Of a stretch of DNA of 64,000 nucleotides, positions 20,179-29,499 are shown one piece after another (position 1 is the stretch's first letter; each line of letters begins with the position of its first letter). The position numbers and the translations under genes were made by a program. The DNA lies in assembly GCA_963827655.1 (NCBI GenBank), contig CAWHCF010000052.1, positions 96,001-160,000 on the forward strand, written 5' to 3'. The DNA comes from an uncultured Acidobacteriota bacterium. Lineage in GTDB: Bacteria > Acidobacteriota > UBA6911. A model generated the notes under the pieces. The model had not been told where the DNA came from. It saw only the letters and a list, made by a program, of their open reading frames with translations, and ran no database searches.

Positions 20179-21837
20179 TTGCATCTGCGGCACGTAAGAC
20201 TTCTGCGTCGGGCGCTCCTGGCCTTGATCGTGCTGGTTCTCGTCGCCGTCTCGGCCAATTACCTGGAAAGCTGGCGGCGCCGTTCGCGCATCATAACTGA
20301 AGCGGCCAAGCTTCTCAGCGCAGACGCGCTCCGTTCAGCCGATAGCATCGAGTACTCCCAACACGAGAAGGGTCTCGTTCGTTTCAAGATTCGCGCTGAC
20401 CGGCTGCTCGAGACGCGCGAAGGCAAGAGCTACCTCGAGGGAATCGAGGCCTTCGATTTCAAGCCGGACGGCTCAATCCAGAATCATATCCGCAGTCGCC
20501 AGGCGCGGTACGACCGGGAACACAAGAAAGTCCTTTTTTCCGGAAACGTCCGGATCCAGATGGGCGAGGGCCTCGAGTTGCAGACCGACACCCTGCACTA
20601 TGATCTGCAAGCCAACCTGGGCACGACCGAGGACCGTCTAAGGCTCGCTTCGAGCGACATGGCAGGCTCGGCCAAGGGAGTGAGATATCAGCATCAGCCG
20701 AAATTCCTCGAGCTGCACAGCGAGATTGACTTCACATTGAAGCGGACCGTGACCGCGAAAGATGGTTCGTCCAAAGTAGAGAATGTGCGAATCACAGCCG
20801 CGAGGGCTACCTATTCGGAAGCCGATCAGCGTCTTCACTTTCAGGGCAATACATCGCTGGAGTCCGAGACGGATTCGCTTTCCGGTGAAGAACTCGTGGC
20901 AACTTTGAGCGCAGATAGAAAACAGATTACTTCCATGCTTTGTCGTGGGAACGCCCAATATCAGGTTAAGGATCCCTCGGAAACCCGGGCGCTCAAGGGC
21001 GACCAGATTGCATTCGCAATCAACTCCCCTTCCGGGGCTCTGGAGCGAATCGACGTCGAAGGGCATGCGGTCTTTTCGTCGAAGAGCCAGGACAACGAAC
21101 AGGAGTTGCGTGGTTCGGAGATCCATCTTGAAATGGATCCCGACCGAGGAATTGCCCGCGACGTGCAATGCCGTCACTCGGTTCAGTTTCATCTCAGGCG
21201 TGGCGCCAACGCAAGCCGGGCCGAAGGCGAAAACCTGCAAGCAGCGTTCTTTTCCGGAACCAGCTTGATGGAGCGCGTAAGAATCTGGGAACGCGCTCGG
21301 CTGCTTACCACGAATGATTCCGAACGGGGCAATGATGACCTGAGGGCCGAGGAAATACGGATTTCTTTCCGGAACTTCGAAGGTCGCAGCGTTCCGAGCG
21401 AACTCCAGGCGGAGCGTTCCGTCGAATGGAAGACACCGCCACGCAAGGAACGGCCGGGTACTCGTCCGGAGCCGGGGCGCTCTCTAACGGCTGCCTTCCT
21501 GAAAATGCTCTACGACGAGAGAGGCGAGACCCCGGACTCGGGCGAGCGCTTCCGGATCCGTGGTGGTGTCGGGCGTACCGGTTGGAGGACCTTCCAATCA
21601 GGAAATCCGCCGGTTGCAGGCCGACGGCATTCAATTCCGGATTTTTCCTGGCAGCAATCGCCTCAAGCTCTTCGAAGGCTCCGGAAATGTCAGGGTCTTT
21701 TTCCAGAAACCACCCGATCCCGCTACCGACGCTCCCGCCCAGGAATTCAATACTTCGAGCAAGGATATCCGCGCCACCTTCAGCGAAAAAGACGGGACTG
21801 CCGAAACAGTGTCGCAATGGGGCAACTTTCGTTATGA
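20179..21837 (+). CDS. lptC: LptC/LptA-like LPS export beta-jellyroll protein, N-terminal part (frameshift near 21550)
   Basis: N-terminal TM helix then repeated beta-jellyroll segments (A.YD..V.FSGNV.I..LQTDTLHYD); upstream of lptB-rpoN. Confidence 0.75.
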   Translation: MHLRHVRLLRRALLALIVLVLVAVSANYLESWRRRSRIITEAAKLLSADALRSADSIEYSQHEKGLVRFKIRADRLLETREGKSYLEGIEAFDFKPDGSIQNHIRSRQARYDREHKKVLFSGNVRIQMGEGLELQTDTLHYDLQANLGTTEDRLRLASSDMAGSAKGVRYQHQPKFLELHSEIDFTLKRTVTAKDGSSKVENVRITAARATYSEADQRLHFQGNTSLESETDSLSGEELVATLSADRKQITSMLCRGNAQYQVKDPSETRALKGDQIAFAINSPSGALERIDVEGHAVFSSKSQDNEQELRGSEIHLEMDPDRGIARDVQCRHSVQFHLRRGANASRAEGENLQAAFFSGTSLMERVRIWERARLLTTNDSERGNDDLRAEEIRISFRNFEGRSVPSELQAERSVEWKTPPRKERPGTRPEPGRSLTAAFLKMLYDERGETPDSGERFRIRGGVGRTGWRTFQSGNPPVAGRRHSIPDFSWQQSPQALRRLRKCQGLFPETTRSRYRRSRPGIQYFEQGYPRHLQRKRRDCRNSVAMGQLSL

Positions 21838-22672
21838 GGATCGTTCACGCAGCGCCACGTCCGGTAGAGCAGACTACCAGGCTGCTGCCGAAATCATGAT
21901 TCTGCGCGAGTCGCCCAAAATCGCTGATGCCAATGGGACCACGACGGGTGAGGTTGTGGAGTACGATCAAAAAAACAGGAACCTGTCTGTGAACAAGACC
22001 GTGCGCACCGTGCTTCGGCCTCAAGAAGGTGAATTGCGCGGACCGTTTGCCCCCTCCTCAAACTCGGCGTCCCCCAGCGTGGTGACTGCGGAGTCGATGC
22101 AATACTGGAGTGAGGACGGGCGAGCGCGCTACTCGGGCAGCGTCCAAATGCTCTCCGAGAATGGACAGCTCCAGTCAAAAGCCTTGGAGATTCTCGAAGG
22201 CGGAGAAAGGGTGGAGGCCGACGGCGACGTGCGCCATCTGGTTCTGCGCCATAGCGCGGCCGTCCAATCCAAAAACGAGACAACTGCGTCGCGCGCTCAA
22301 AAAAAAGAAAAGGACTCCCGGGTGTTTATTCGAAGCGATCGGCTGCGCTACGTTAGAGAGCAAAACTCCATCCATTACGCGGGGAACGTTTCGCTGAAAT
22401 CCGAAGACGCAACGATGTCATCCGAAAGCCTCGACGCTGTCTTCGACAGGGAAGGAAAGCAGATCGACCGCGCTGCCGCGCGGGGAAAGATCTTGATCCG
22501 GCAATCGAGTCGCCAGGTAAACGGAGAGTTTGCGGACTACTACCTCTCGCCCGGCAAGTTCGTGGTAACCGGAAGCCCGGCTGAGATTCTGGATCCGGAG
22601 AGAGGGAAGTCCCGGGCCGGCAGGTTGACATTCTTCAGCACCGATGATAGGATCCTGCTCGAAAACCACTAA
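21560..22672 (+). CDS. LptA/OstA-like C-terminal part of the same gene
   Basis: Jellyroll repeats (SDRLRY..IHYAGNV, GEFADY..VVTGSP); joins the upstream ORF if one base is removed at GAG C GCT TCC. Confidence 0.75.
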   Translation: MVVSGVPVGGPSNQEIRRLQADGIQFRIFPGSNRLKLFEGSGNVRVFFQKPPDPATDAPAQEFNTSSKDIRATFSEKDGTAETVSQWGNFRYEDRSRSATSGRADYQAAAEIMILRESPKIADANGTTTGEVVEYDQKNRNLSVNKTVRTVLRPQEGELRGPFAPSSNSASPSVVTAESMQYWSEDGRARYSGSVQMLSENGQLQSKALEILEGGERVEADGDVRHLVLRHSAAVQSKNETTASRAQKKEKDSRVFIRSDRLRYVREQNSIHYAGNVSLKSEDATMSSESLDAVFDREGKQIDRAAARGKILIRQSSRQVNGEFADYYLSPGKFVVTGSPAEILDPERGKSRAGRLTFFSTDDRILLENH

Positions 22673-22705
22673 GGGGCCTAAGAGCTTGGGTTTCAATGAC
22701 TTTGG

Positions 22706-23437
22706 ATGACTACTAGCACGTTGCGAGCCTCGGGTCTCTCAAAGGCCTATCGAGGCAGGAAGGTGGTCAACGAGGTCAGTCTCAGGCTCACCCAGGGAGA
22801 GGTTGTCGGTCTACTGGGACCCAACGGCGCCGGAAAAACCACGACGTTTTACATCATTGTCGGTCTCATTTCTCCCGATAGCGGGCGCGTGTTCGTCAAC
22901 GACATTGAGATTACCAGCCTGCCCATGTATCAACGGGCGCGCTCGGGGATCAGTTACCTGCCACAGGAGCCTTCGGTTTTTCGAAAGTTGAACGTCGAAG
23001 AAAATCTCAAGAGTATTGCGGAAACTATGAGCGTGACGGGCGAAGAGCAGGAGGCGCTCGTCAACGGCCTGCTTGAAGAATTCGGCATCGAGCACCTGCG
23101 CCGGCAGGGAGCTTATACGCTTTCAGGCGGAGAACGGAGACGGCTTGAAATAGCTCGGGCCCTTGTCCGGACGCCGAAGTTCATTCTGCTCGACGAACCC
23201 TTCGCCGGCATAGACCCGCTTGCCGTCCTGGACATCCAGCGGATCGTTGCCCGGTTCAAGGAAAAGAACATAGGCGTTCTGATAACCGACCACAATGTGC
23301 GGGAGACTTTGAATATCACGGACCGTGCCTATATAATAACCGAGGGTAAAATCCTGCGAGACGGGTCTCCGGAGGAACTCACCAACGACTTGGAAGTCAA
23401 GAAGGTTTACTTGGGCGAGCATTTCAGACTGAATTGA
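22706..23437 (+). CDS. lptB: LPS export ABC transporter ATP-binding protein
   Basis: [53 protein letters not shown]. Confidence 0.97.
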   Translation: MTTSTLRASGLSKAYRGRKVVNEVSLRLTQGEVVGLLGPNGAGKTTTFYIIVGLISPDSGRVFVNDIEITSLPMYQRARSGISYLPQEPSVFRKLNVEENLKSIAETMSVTGEEQEALVNGLLEEFGIEHLRRQGAYTLSGGERRRLEIARALVRTPKFILLDEPFAGIDPLAVLDIQRIVARFKEKNIGVLITDHNVRETLNITDRAYIITEGKILRDGSPEELTNDLEVKKVYLGEHFRLN

Positions 23438-23441
23438 GCTC

Positions 23442-24902
23442 ATGAATACCAACCGCCGGCCGAACTTGAGACAATCGCTCGACCTACGACTAGCCCCTAG
23501 GCTCGCGCTTACTCCGTCGCTACTCCAGAAAATCGAGCTGCTGCAGCTGAACAAACTGGAACTGCAGGAAATGCTTAATCAGGAGCTGACGGAGAATCCG
23601 ATACTTGAGGAAGTACTTGAACAGGAAACCCCCAAGGAACTTGGCCTGGAGGAGCGCTCCGCAGACGAACCTGCGGTCAAAGAAGAGCCCCAGCCGGACG
23701 GGGAACGGGATTCATTTGATGAGATCGACTTCCGCTATTTTTTCGATGAGTACCTGGACACGGGTTACAAGAACCGCGAGATTGAAGACTCCGATAAGCC
23801 ATCTTTCGAATCCTTTCTCGTCCGTTCTCCCACTCTCAGCGATCATCTCTTGTGGCAACTCGGGCTTTCAGGAACCGAACCGCGGATGGCCGAGATCGCC
23901 GAGGAGATCATCGGCAACCTCAACGAGGACGGTTATCTTCTGGTTACACTCGAGGAAGTGTGCGAGCTGGCGTCATGCAATCTCGAAGAAGCTCAGCAGG
24001 CGCTCCACGTCGTCCAGGAGATGGACCCGGTGGGAGTGGGCGCGCGAGACTTGCGTGAATGCTTGTCCCTGCAGCTCGAGTCGTTGAATCTGCGGGACAC
24101 CCTGGCCTGGCGCGTGGTTCAAGAGCATCTACCTCTCCTGGAAACTCACAAGTTCAAAGAGGTGGCGAGCCGCACCGGTTCGACCTTCGAGGAGGTGCTG
24201 CGTGCGGTCGATACCATCAAACACCTCATTCCAAAGCCTGGTCAAAAACACAACTCTCAAAAAGCCGCCTATGTTCAGCCTGAGGTGACGATCGCAAAAG
24301 TGAACGACGAATTCGTCATTATCCAGAATGACGAGGGTATGCCGCATCTCAGACTCAATGCGCGCTATCGTGACCTTTTGAAGAATAACGGCGTGACCGG
24401 CGAGGCCAAGACCTTCTTAAGAGAGAAATTTCGTTCCGCGGTGGATCTTTTGCGAAGTGTCAGCCAGCGCAAGCAGACAATCTACAAGGTGTGCGCTTGT
24501 ATTTTGAACCGGCAGCGGGAATTCCTCGAGCAGGGACCTTCGGCTTTGCGTCCTATGTTGATCAAGGACGTAGCCAGCGAGCTGGGAGTTCACAGCTCGA
24601 CGATCAGCAGAGTTGTCACCAACAAATATGTGGATACGCCCCAGGGAGTCATCGAGCTGCGAAAGTTCTTCACAATGGGAGTAGAGAATCCTGATGGCCA
24701 GGAAGTATCGATAGTTCAGGTCAAACTCAAGCTAAGGAAGATGATCGAGAACGAGAGTAAATCAAAACCGTATTCAGACAACCAACTGGGGCAGCTGCTG
24801 CGCCGCGATAATATCTTCATTACCCGTCGCACCGTAGCGAAATACCGGGAACAGATGCAGATTCCAGGTTCCCGCGAACGAAAGATCGGGTATCTCTTCT
24901 GA
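23442..24902 (+). CDS. rpoN: RNA polymerase sigma-54 factor
   Basis: Gln/Leu-rich region I, DPVGVGARDLRECL, HSSTISR helix-turn-helix, RpoN box RRTVAKYRE. Confidence 0.97.
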   Translation: MNTNRRPNLRQSLDLRLAPRLALTPSLLQKIELLQLNKLELQEMLNQELTENPILEEVLEQETPKELGLEERSADEPAVKEEPQPDGERDSFDEIDFRYFFDEYLDTGYKNREIEDSDKPSFESFLVRSPTLSDHLLWQLGLSGTEPRMAEIAEEIIGNLNEDGYLLVTLEEVCELASCNLEEAQQALHVVQEMDPVGVGARDLRECLSLQLESLNLRDTLAWRVVQEHLPLLETHKFKEVASRTGSTFEEVLRAVDTIKHLIPKPGQKHNSQKAAYVQPEVTIAKVNDEFVIIQNDEGMPHLRLNARYRDLLKNNGVTGEAKTFLREKFRSAVDLLRSVSQRKQTIYKVCACILNRQREFLEQGPSALRPMLIKDVASELGVHSSTISRVVTNKYVDTPQGVIELRKFFTMGVENPDGQEVSIVQVKLKLRKMIENESKSKPYSDNQLGQLLRRDNIFITRRTVAKYREQMQIPGSRERKIGYLF

Positions 24903-25002
24903 GATCGCCGGTCTTCTTTACTCATTCCGCACTACTGGTATTCTGGATGTCCACCAGGCCCGCGAAATGATGTTTGGTCCGAGATCTCGAGGGGTAATAC
25001 CG

Positions 25003-25533
25003 ATGAACGTCGAAATAACGGGCCGGCACATTCTCATCACGCCGGCCATTCGATCTTACGTGCTGAAGAGGCTTCGTAAATTCACAAAGATTCTCGGGAG
25101 TGATCTCAGTTTTCACGTTATCATCGCGGTCGAAAAAGACCGGCACAGTGCCGAGATTCTTTTGAAATCGAAGCTGCTTGACCTTACCGGAACGAGCGAA
25201 ACCAAGGACATGTATTCTTCAATCGTCCTGGCGCTCGAAAAACTCGAGCGCCAGGCGCTTAAGCACAAGACCAAGATCATCGAAAAGAAGCGTCATCTGG
25301 CAAAAGTGAAATCGGTCGCGGAGAAAAGCGGAGTTGGGGTGGTCCCCGTCGGATTAGGCCGAAACGGCATTCTGGAAGAAGAGGCCCACAAGAAGCCGAT
25401 GGGACTCGAAGAAGCGGTGCTCGAATTGGGACAGTCAGACTACCCCTTTGTCGTTTTTCGCAGTTCCGAATCAGGCGCCGTAAACGTTCTGTACCGCCGG
25501 AAGGACGGCTCATTGGGTCTGATCCACGCTTGA
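25003..25533 (+). CDS. hpf: Ribosome hibernation promoting factor (long HPF/RaiA)
   Basis: MNVEITGRH..DMYSSI..KLERQ; C-terminal KPMGLEEAV..NVLYRRKDG. Confidence 0.93.
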   Translation: MNVEITGRHILITPAIRSYVLKRLRKFTKILGSDLSFHVIIAVEKDRHSAEILLKSKLLDLTGTSETKDMYSSIVLALEKLERQALKHKTKIIEKKRHLAKVKSVAEKSGVGVVPVGLGRNGILEEEAHKKPMGLEEAVLELGQSDYPFVVFRSSESGAVNVLYRRKDGSLGLIHA

Positions 25534-25655
25534 GAGCTGCATCACCTCTTGAGTCTTCGTGGCTGGTTTTTTCCTCTGCGCTTTGCCACGCGGGCGAAAG
25601 TTAGAAGGCTCTTCCCGTTACGAAGCAGGCCGCTTACGACCGTCACCTGAATGCC

Positions 25656-26516
25656 ATGAGTCTGCAGGATCTTGTCGTCGTCACCGGCATGAGCGGGTCC
25701 GGAAAAGGGACTGTGCTCAAAGCCTTCGAGGATCTCGGTTTCTTTTGCATCGATAACCTCCCCGTTCCACTGATACCCAAGTTCATCGAAGGAATCCACG
25801 TTAGTGGAGGCGAGGTCGAAAGGGCGGCGCTAGTGATAGACGTTCGCGCAGGCGAAAAGCTGCGCGATCTCGAGAAGATGATCACCGAGATCAGAAAATT
25901 CGAGTTCCGGTTGTTCGTCCTTTACCTCGAGGCGCGCAACGAGATTCTCGTCCGAAGGTTCAGTGAAACCAGGCGACCGCACCCTCTGGTCGGTGAAAAA
26001 TCGCTGCCCGACGCCATCCGTCTCGAGAGGAAACAGTTGCGCCCGATCCGGGAGCTTGCCGACGTGATCATCGACACATCGGAATACTCCATCCACCAGG
26101 TAAAGGCTCTGGTCATGGATCGCTTCCGGTCGCATCCGCGGGGGGCGTTGAACGTGAACCTCGTAAGTTTCGGCTACAAGCATGGGGTGCCGCTGGAAGC
26201 GGATCTCGTCTTTGATGTCCGCTTTCTCCCTAATCCGTACTTCGTTTCAGGTTTGAGATCTCTGACCGGGCAGGACCGCAGGGTGATAAAGTATCTTCGC
26301 TCGGTACCAGAGACACTGGAGTTCGTCCAGCGAGTCAAGGACTTCCTCCAATATCTCATCCCATTTTACGTCCGGGAGGGGAAAAGCTATCTGACCATTG
26401 CGATTGGGTGCACGGGAGGACGTCACCGCTCCGTCTTCGTGGTTGAAGAGTTGGCTCGGCTTCTCAAACTGCGAACAGCGTCCATTCGAATTCGACATCG
26501 CGATCCGTATCGCTGA
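25656..26516 (+). CDS. rapZ: RNase adapter RapZ (YvcJ/YhbJ P-loop protein)
   Basis: GMSGSGK, IDNLP, RFSETRRPHPL, SFGYKHG, DVRFLPNP, GCTGGRHRSV. Confidence 0.96.
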   Translation: MSLQDLVVVTGMSGSGKGTVLKAFEDLGFFCIDNLPVPLIPKFIEGIHVSGGEVERAALVIDVRAGEKLRDLEKMITEIRKFEFRLFVLYLEARNEILVRRFSETRRPHPLVGEKSLPDAIRLERKQLRPIRELADVIIDTSEYSIHQVKALVMDRFRSHPRGALNVNLVSFGYKHGVPLEADLVFDVRFLPNPYFVSGLRSLTGQDRRVIKYLRSVPETLEFVQRVKDFLQYLIPFYVREGKSYLTIAIGCTGGRHRSVFVVEELARLLKLRTASIRIRHRDPYR

Positions 26517-26630
26517 GGACGGCGGGTTTGGAGTGCCCCTTTCTTCAGTCCGGCCATTTTCGCGAGGCTCGGCGGCAAGCTCAGCAAGATTGCGCACTAT
26601 GGACAGAATGCCTGGTTGCCAGGAGGTAGC

Positions 26631-27029
26631 ATGATCGGCGCTCTAGCGGTGACCCATGGTCAACTCGCTCACGAACTCGTGGCTGCGGCAGAAATGATCG
26701 TGGGCGAAATCTCTCATATCCAGGCCGTGTCCATTGGATGGCACGATGACGTCAACGACGCGCGCAGGGAGATCGAGAGGCGTATCGCCGAGGTCGAGCA
26801 TGGCGCCGGAGTACTCATCCTCACCGACATGTTCGGAGGGACTCCCTCGAACATCGCGTTTTCCTTTCATGAGCCGGGCAAAGTCGATGTGGTCACCGGG
26901 GTCAATCTTCCCATGATCATCAGGATTGCCACGCAGAAAGAGGGAGAAACGCTCGATTCGATGGCGCGCGGTGTGCGAGATCAGGGCCGGTCCAGCATCT
27001 CAATGGCGAGCGACTTTCTCGGCGCATGA
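26631..27029 (+). CDS. PTS mannose/fructose-family EIIA component
   Basis: VTHGQLA, LTDMFGGTPSN, VTGVNLPM. Confidence 0.93.
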   Translation: MIGALAVTHGQLAHELVAAAEMIVGEISHIQAVSIGWHDDVNDARREIERRIAEVEHGAGVLILTDMFGGTPSNIAFSFHEPGKVDVVTGVNLPMIIRIATQKEGETLDSMARGVRDQGRSSISMASDFLGA

Positions 27030-27301
27030 TCCGACATCTCATCCAGGTGCAAAATCGGCTGGGGTTGCATGCCCGCGCGGCGGCCAAGCTGGTCCGGTTG
27101 ACCTCGCGCTTCAGGAGCGAGATCCTGCTCTCACGCAACGGAACCAACCAGCAGGCCGACGCCAGGAGTATTCTGGGGGTCCTTATGCTGGCCGCGTCTC
27201 AAGGGACGTCACTGGTTGTCTCGATCGATGGAGAAGACGAGGCCGAGGCTGGTGCCGCCATTCTGCGCCTGTTCGAAGAGAAGTTTGGAGAAGAGAATTG
27301 A
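27026..27301 (+). CDS. ptsH: Phosphocarrier protein HPr
   Basis: GLHARAAAKLV (His15) and DARSILGVLML (regulatory Ser). Confidence 0.95.
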   Translation: MIRHLIQVQNRLGLHARAAAKLVRLTSRFRSEILLSRNGTNQQADARSILGVLMLAASQGTSLVVSIDGEDEAEAGAAILRLFEEKFGEEN

Positions 27302-29118
27302 TCACCTCGAAACCCGAACACATCTTTCATGGAAATGGTGTTTCGCCCGGCCTGGCGATAGGTAACGCGCTGAAACTGGACACGCGCAACCATGTGGTCT
27401 TCAAAATCCATGTTGATCCATCTTTAGTGGAAAGAGAGGTAGGACGTTTCCGCCGCGCCGTGCAAGCGTCGAAAGAACAGTTGGAAGCCCGGAAATCCCG
27501 GCTGGAAGAAAAGGTGGGACATGAGCATAGCTACATTCTTGATGCCCACATCCTCATGCTGGAAGACCCGAGCCTGCTCGTGGAGATCGAATCGAACATA
27601 CAGGCCGACAAGGTGAATGCCGAATGGGCCGTTCGTCGAGCGACCGATCGCATGCGCCGCGCCTATGAGTCTTTGGAAGACGAGTATTTCCGCGACCGGG
27701 TCAGCGACATCGAAAACGTAATGGGTCGCATCCTTGTCAATCTATCCGGTGATAACCAGGTGGGGTGGGATGCGTTGCCCGATGATCTCATCCTCGTGTC
27801 GAATGACTTCGATCCGACGACCTTCGCCACACTGGATCTTCAGAAGATCAGGGGATTGGCTCTGGAGTCTGGAGGACGAACTTCACACACCGCTATCATT
27901 GCCAGGAGCCTTCGACTTCCGGCGGTCATGGAAGTACGCGAGTTTCTCAACTCCGTTACCACTGGAGATACCGTGCTGCTCGACGGAGATGAAGGCCTGG
28001 TCGTGATAAATCCTTCTCAGAGTCGAGTCCATAGCATTCATACGCGCCTGGAAGAATTCAGGTCGATGGCCGACATCCCGTCCATTCCATTAGAATCGCC
28101 CAATCTAAGCCGGGAAGGGTTGGCCATCTCGCTGCGCGCCAACCTCGAGGTACCTCACGAAGTCGAAGCCGCCAGGAAATGCGGAGCCGAAGGCATAGGG
28201 CTCTTCCGTTCAGAATTCCTCTTCTTCGCTCATCCCACCGGCTTTCCACAATTGCACGAACAAATCGCAACCTACCGGATGCTGGCCGAAGCCGTCCACC
28301 CCTTTCCCGTAACCATTCGCACCCTGGATGCGGGTCCAGACAAAGTCGCGCCGGGCACGGAGTTCGAAACCCAGCGCAATCCGAGCATGGGAATCCGCGG
28401 CATACGCATGAGCCTTCAGTCGCCGGCACTCTTTGAGATCCAGGTTGAGGCGATCTTGCGCTCTAGTTCCTCGGGCAAAATGCAGATCGTACTTCCGATG
28501 GTATCGACCCTGGAAGAAATCTGGGAAGCCAGGGCGTTGATCGATGGTGTGCGCTCTCGCCTCGACCGTTTACACCAGGGGCCAGGCCCGGTTCCGCTCG
28601 GCATCATGGTTGAGGTGCCCGCAGCGGTTCTGGCGCTGGAAGGGCTGGCCCGTGAGGTAGACTTCGTATGCGTCGGAACCAATGATCTGGTTCAGTACAC
28701 GCTCGCGGTCGATCGCAGCAATCCGCAAGTGTCCTATCTGTTTCAGCCGTTGCATCCTTCAATCCTCCAGTGTCTGAGCCGCGTAGCGGAAGTAACGCGA
28801 AATCAGAACAAGCCAGTCAGGATTTGTGGCGAGATCTCGGCCAATCCGTTCGTTGCCGTGTTGCTGCTTGGGTTGGGTTTCGGCGACTTGAGCATGAACG
28901 CCTACTCGATTCCGGTAATTCGCAGCGTGCTTAACTCGGTAAGGCTTGATTCTGCCTCCAGGCTGGCCGAGAGGGCGCTGAGTTTCGCAACCGCCAGAGA
29001 GGTTGCAGACTACCTGATCGAGACCGTGTCGGAATTGGTTCGGATCGATCTGGCGCCGTACATCAGAGAGATCAGGAATCAGAGCGAAAGCACGGGCGTA
29101 AGCACCGTACGCCCCTGA
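27298..29118 (+). CDS. ptsI: PEP-protein phosphotransferase (PTS Enzyme I)
   Basis: GGRTSHTAI, GIGLFRSEF, RTLD, MVEVP, GTNDLVQY, ICGE; TTG start overlapping the HPr stop. Confidence 0.96.
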   Translation: MITSKPEHIFHGNGVSPGLAIGNALKLDTRNHVVFKIHVDPSLVEREVGRFRRAVQASKEQLEARKSRLEEKVGHEHSYILDAHILMLEDPSLLVEIESNIQADKVNAEWAVRRATDRMRRAYESLEDEYFRDRVSDIENVMGRILVNLSGDNQVGWDALPDDLILVSNDFDPTTFATLDLQKIRGLALESGGRTSHTAIIARSLRLPAVMEVREFLNSVTTGDTVLLDGDEGLVVINPSQSRVHSIHTRLEEFRSMADIPSIPLESPNLSREGLAISLRANLEVPHEVEAARKCGAEGIGLFRSEFLFFAHPTGFPQLHEQIATYRMLAEAVHPFPVTIRTLDAGPDKVAPGTEFETQRNPSMGIRGIRMSLQSPALFEIQVEAILRSSSSGKMQIVLPMVSTLEEIWEARALIDGVRSRLDRLHQGPGPVPLGIMVEVPAAVLALEGLAREVDFVCVGTNDLVQYTLAVDRSNPQVSYLFQPLHPSILQCLSRVAEVTRNQNKPVRICGEISANPFVAVLLLGLGFGDLSMNAYSIPVIRSVLNSVRLDSASRLAERALSFATAREVADYLIETVSELVRIDLAPYIREIRNQSESTGVSTVRP

Positions 29119-29157
29119 CCCCTTGGACGGCAGGAGTCACGTTCCCGCGCTTCTCTC

Positions 29158-29400
29158 AGGGTTCGCGCAGAAATAAGTTCACATTCTGCTGCAGGCCCCC
29201 AGGCCCGCTGCCGAGGCGCGAGCGACGATGCGTACCCGGCGCGGTACGTGAGGAGCGAGCGACAATGCCAGCGGGCCTGGGGGCGGCAGCCCGATGGCGC
29301 GTCCTGAAGGTGCCAGTCTAGGCAGCCGAGAGAAACCACGGTTCAATAATGGATCACCGACTCTGGCGCCAGAATGCGAAGTTATTTCTGCGCGAACCCT
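29158..29400. mobile_element. MITE copy 1 (non-autonomous, ~240 bp)
   Basis: TIRs AGGGTTCGCGCAGAAATAA / TTATTTCTGCGCGAACCCT; homologous copies at 40868, 48381 and 54123. Confidence 0.88.
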
Positions 29401-29499
29401 TTATGTGACATAATTTTGTCGACCGGTCAGGCGGATTTGGATGAGAAATTACCAGGGATCTTACATCCAATTGAGTAGTCGCTCCGGGCGGAGAGTTAT

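Noticed and set aside
26926-27297. N-terminal extension of the 730-aa ptsI ORF
   Set aside because: It overlaps the EIIA and HPr genes; EI homology starts at TTG 27298.
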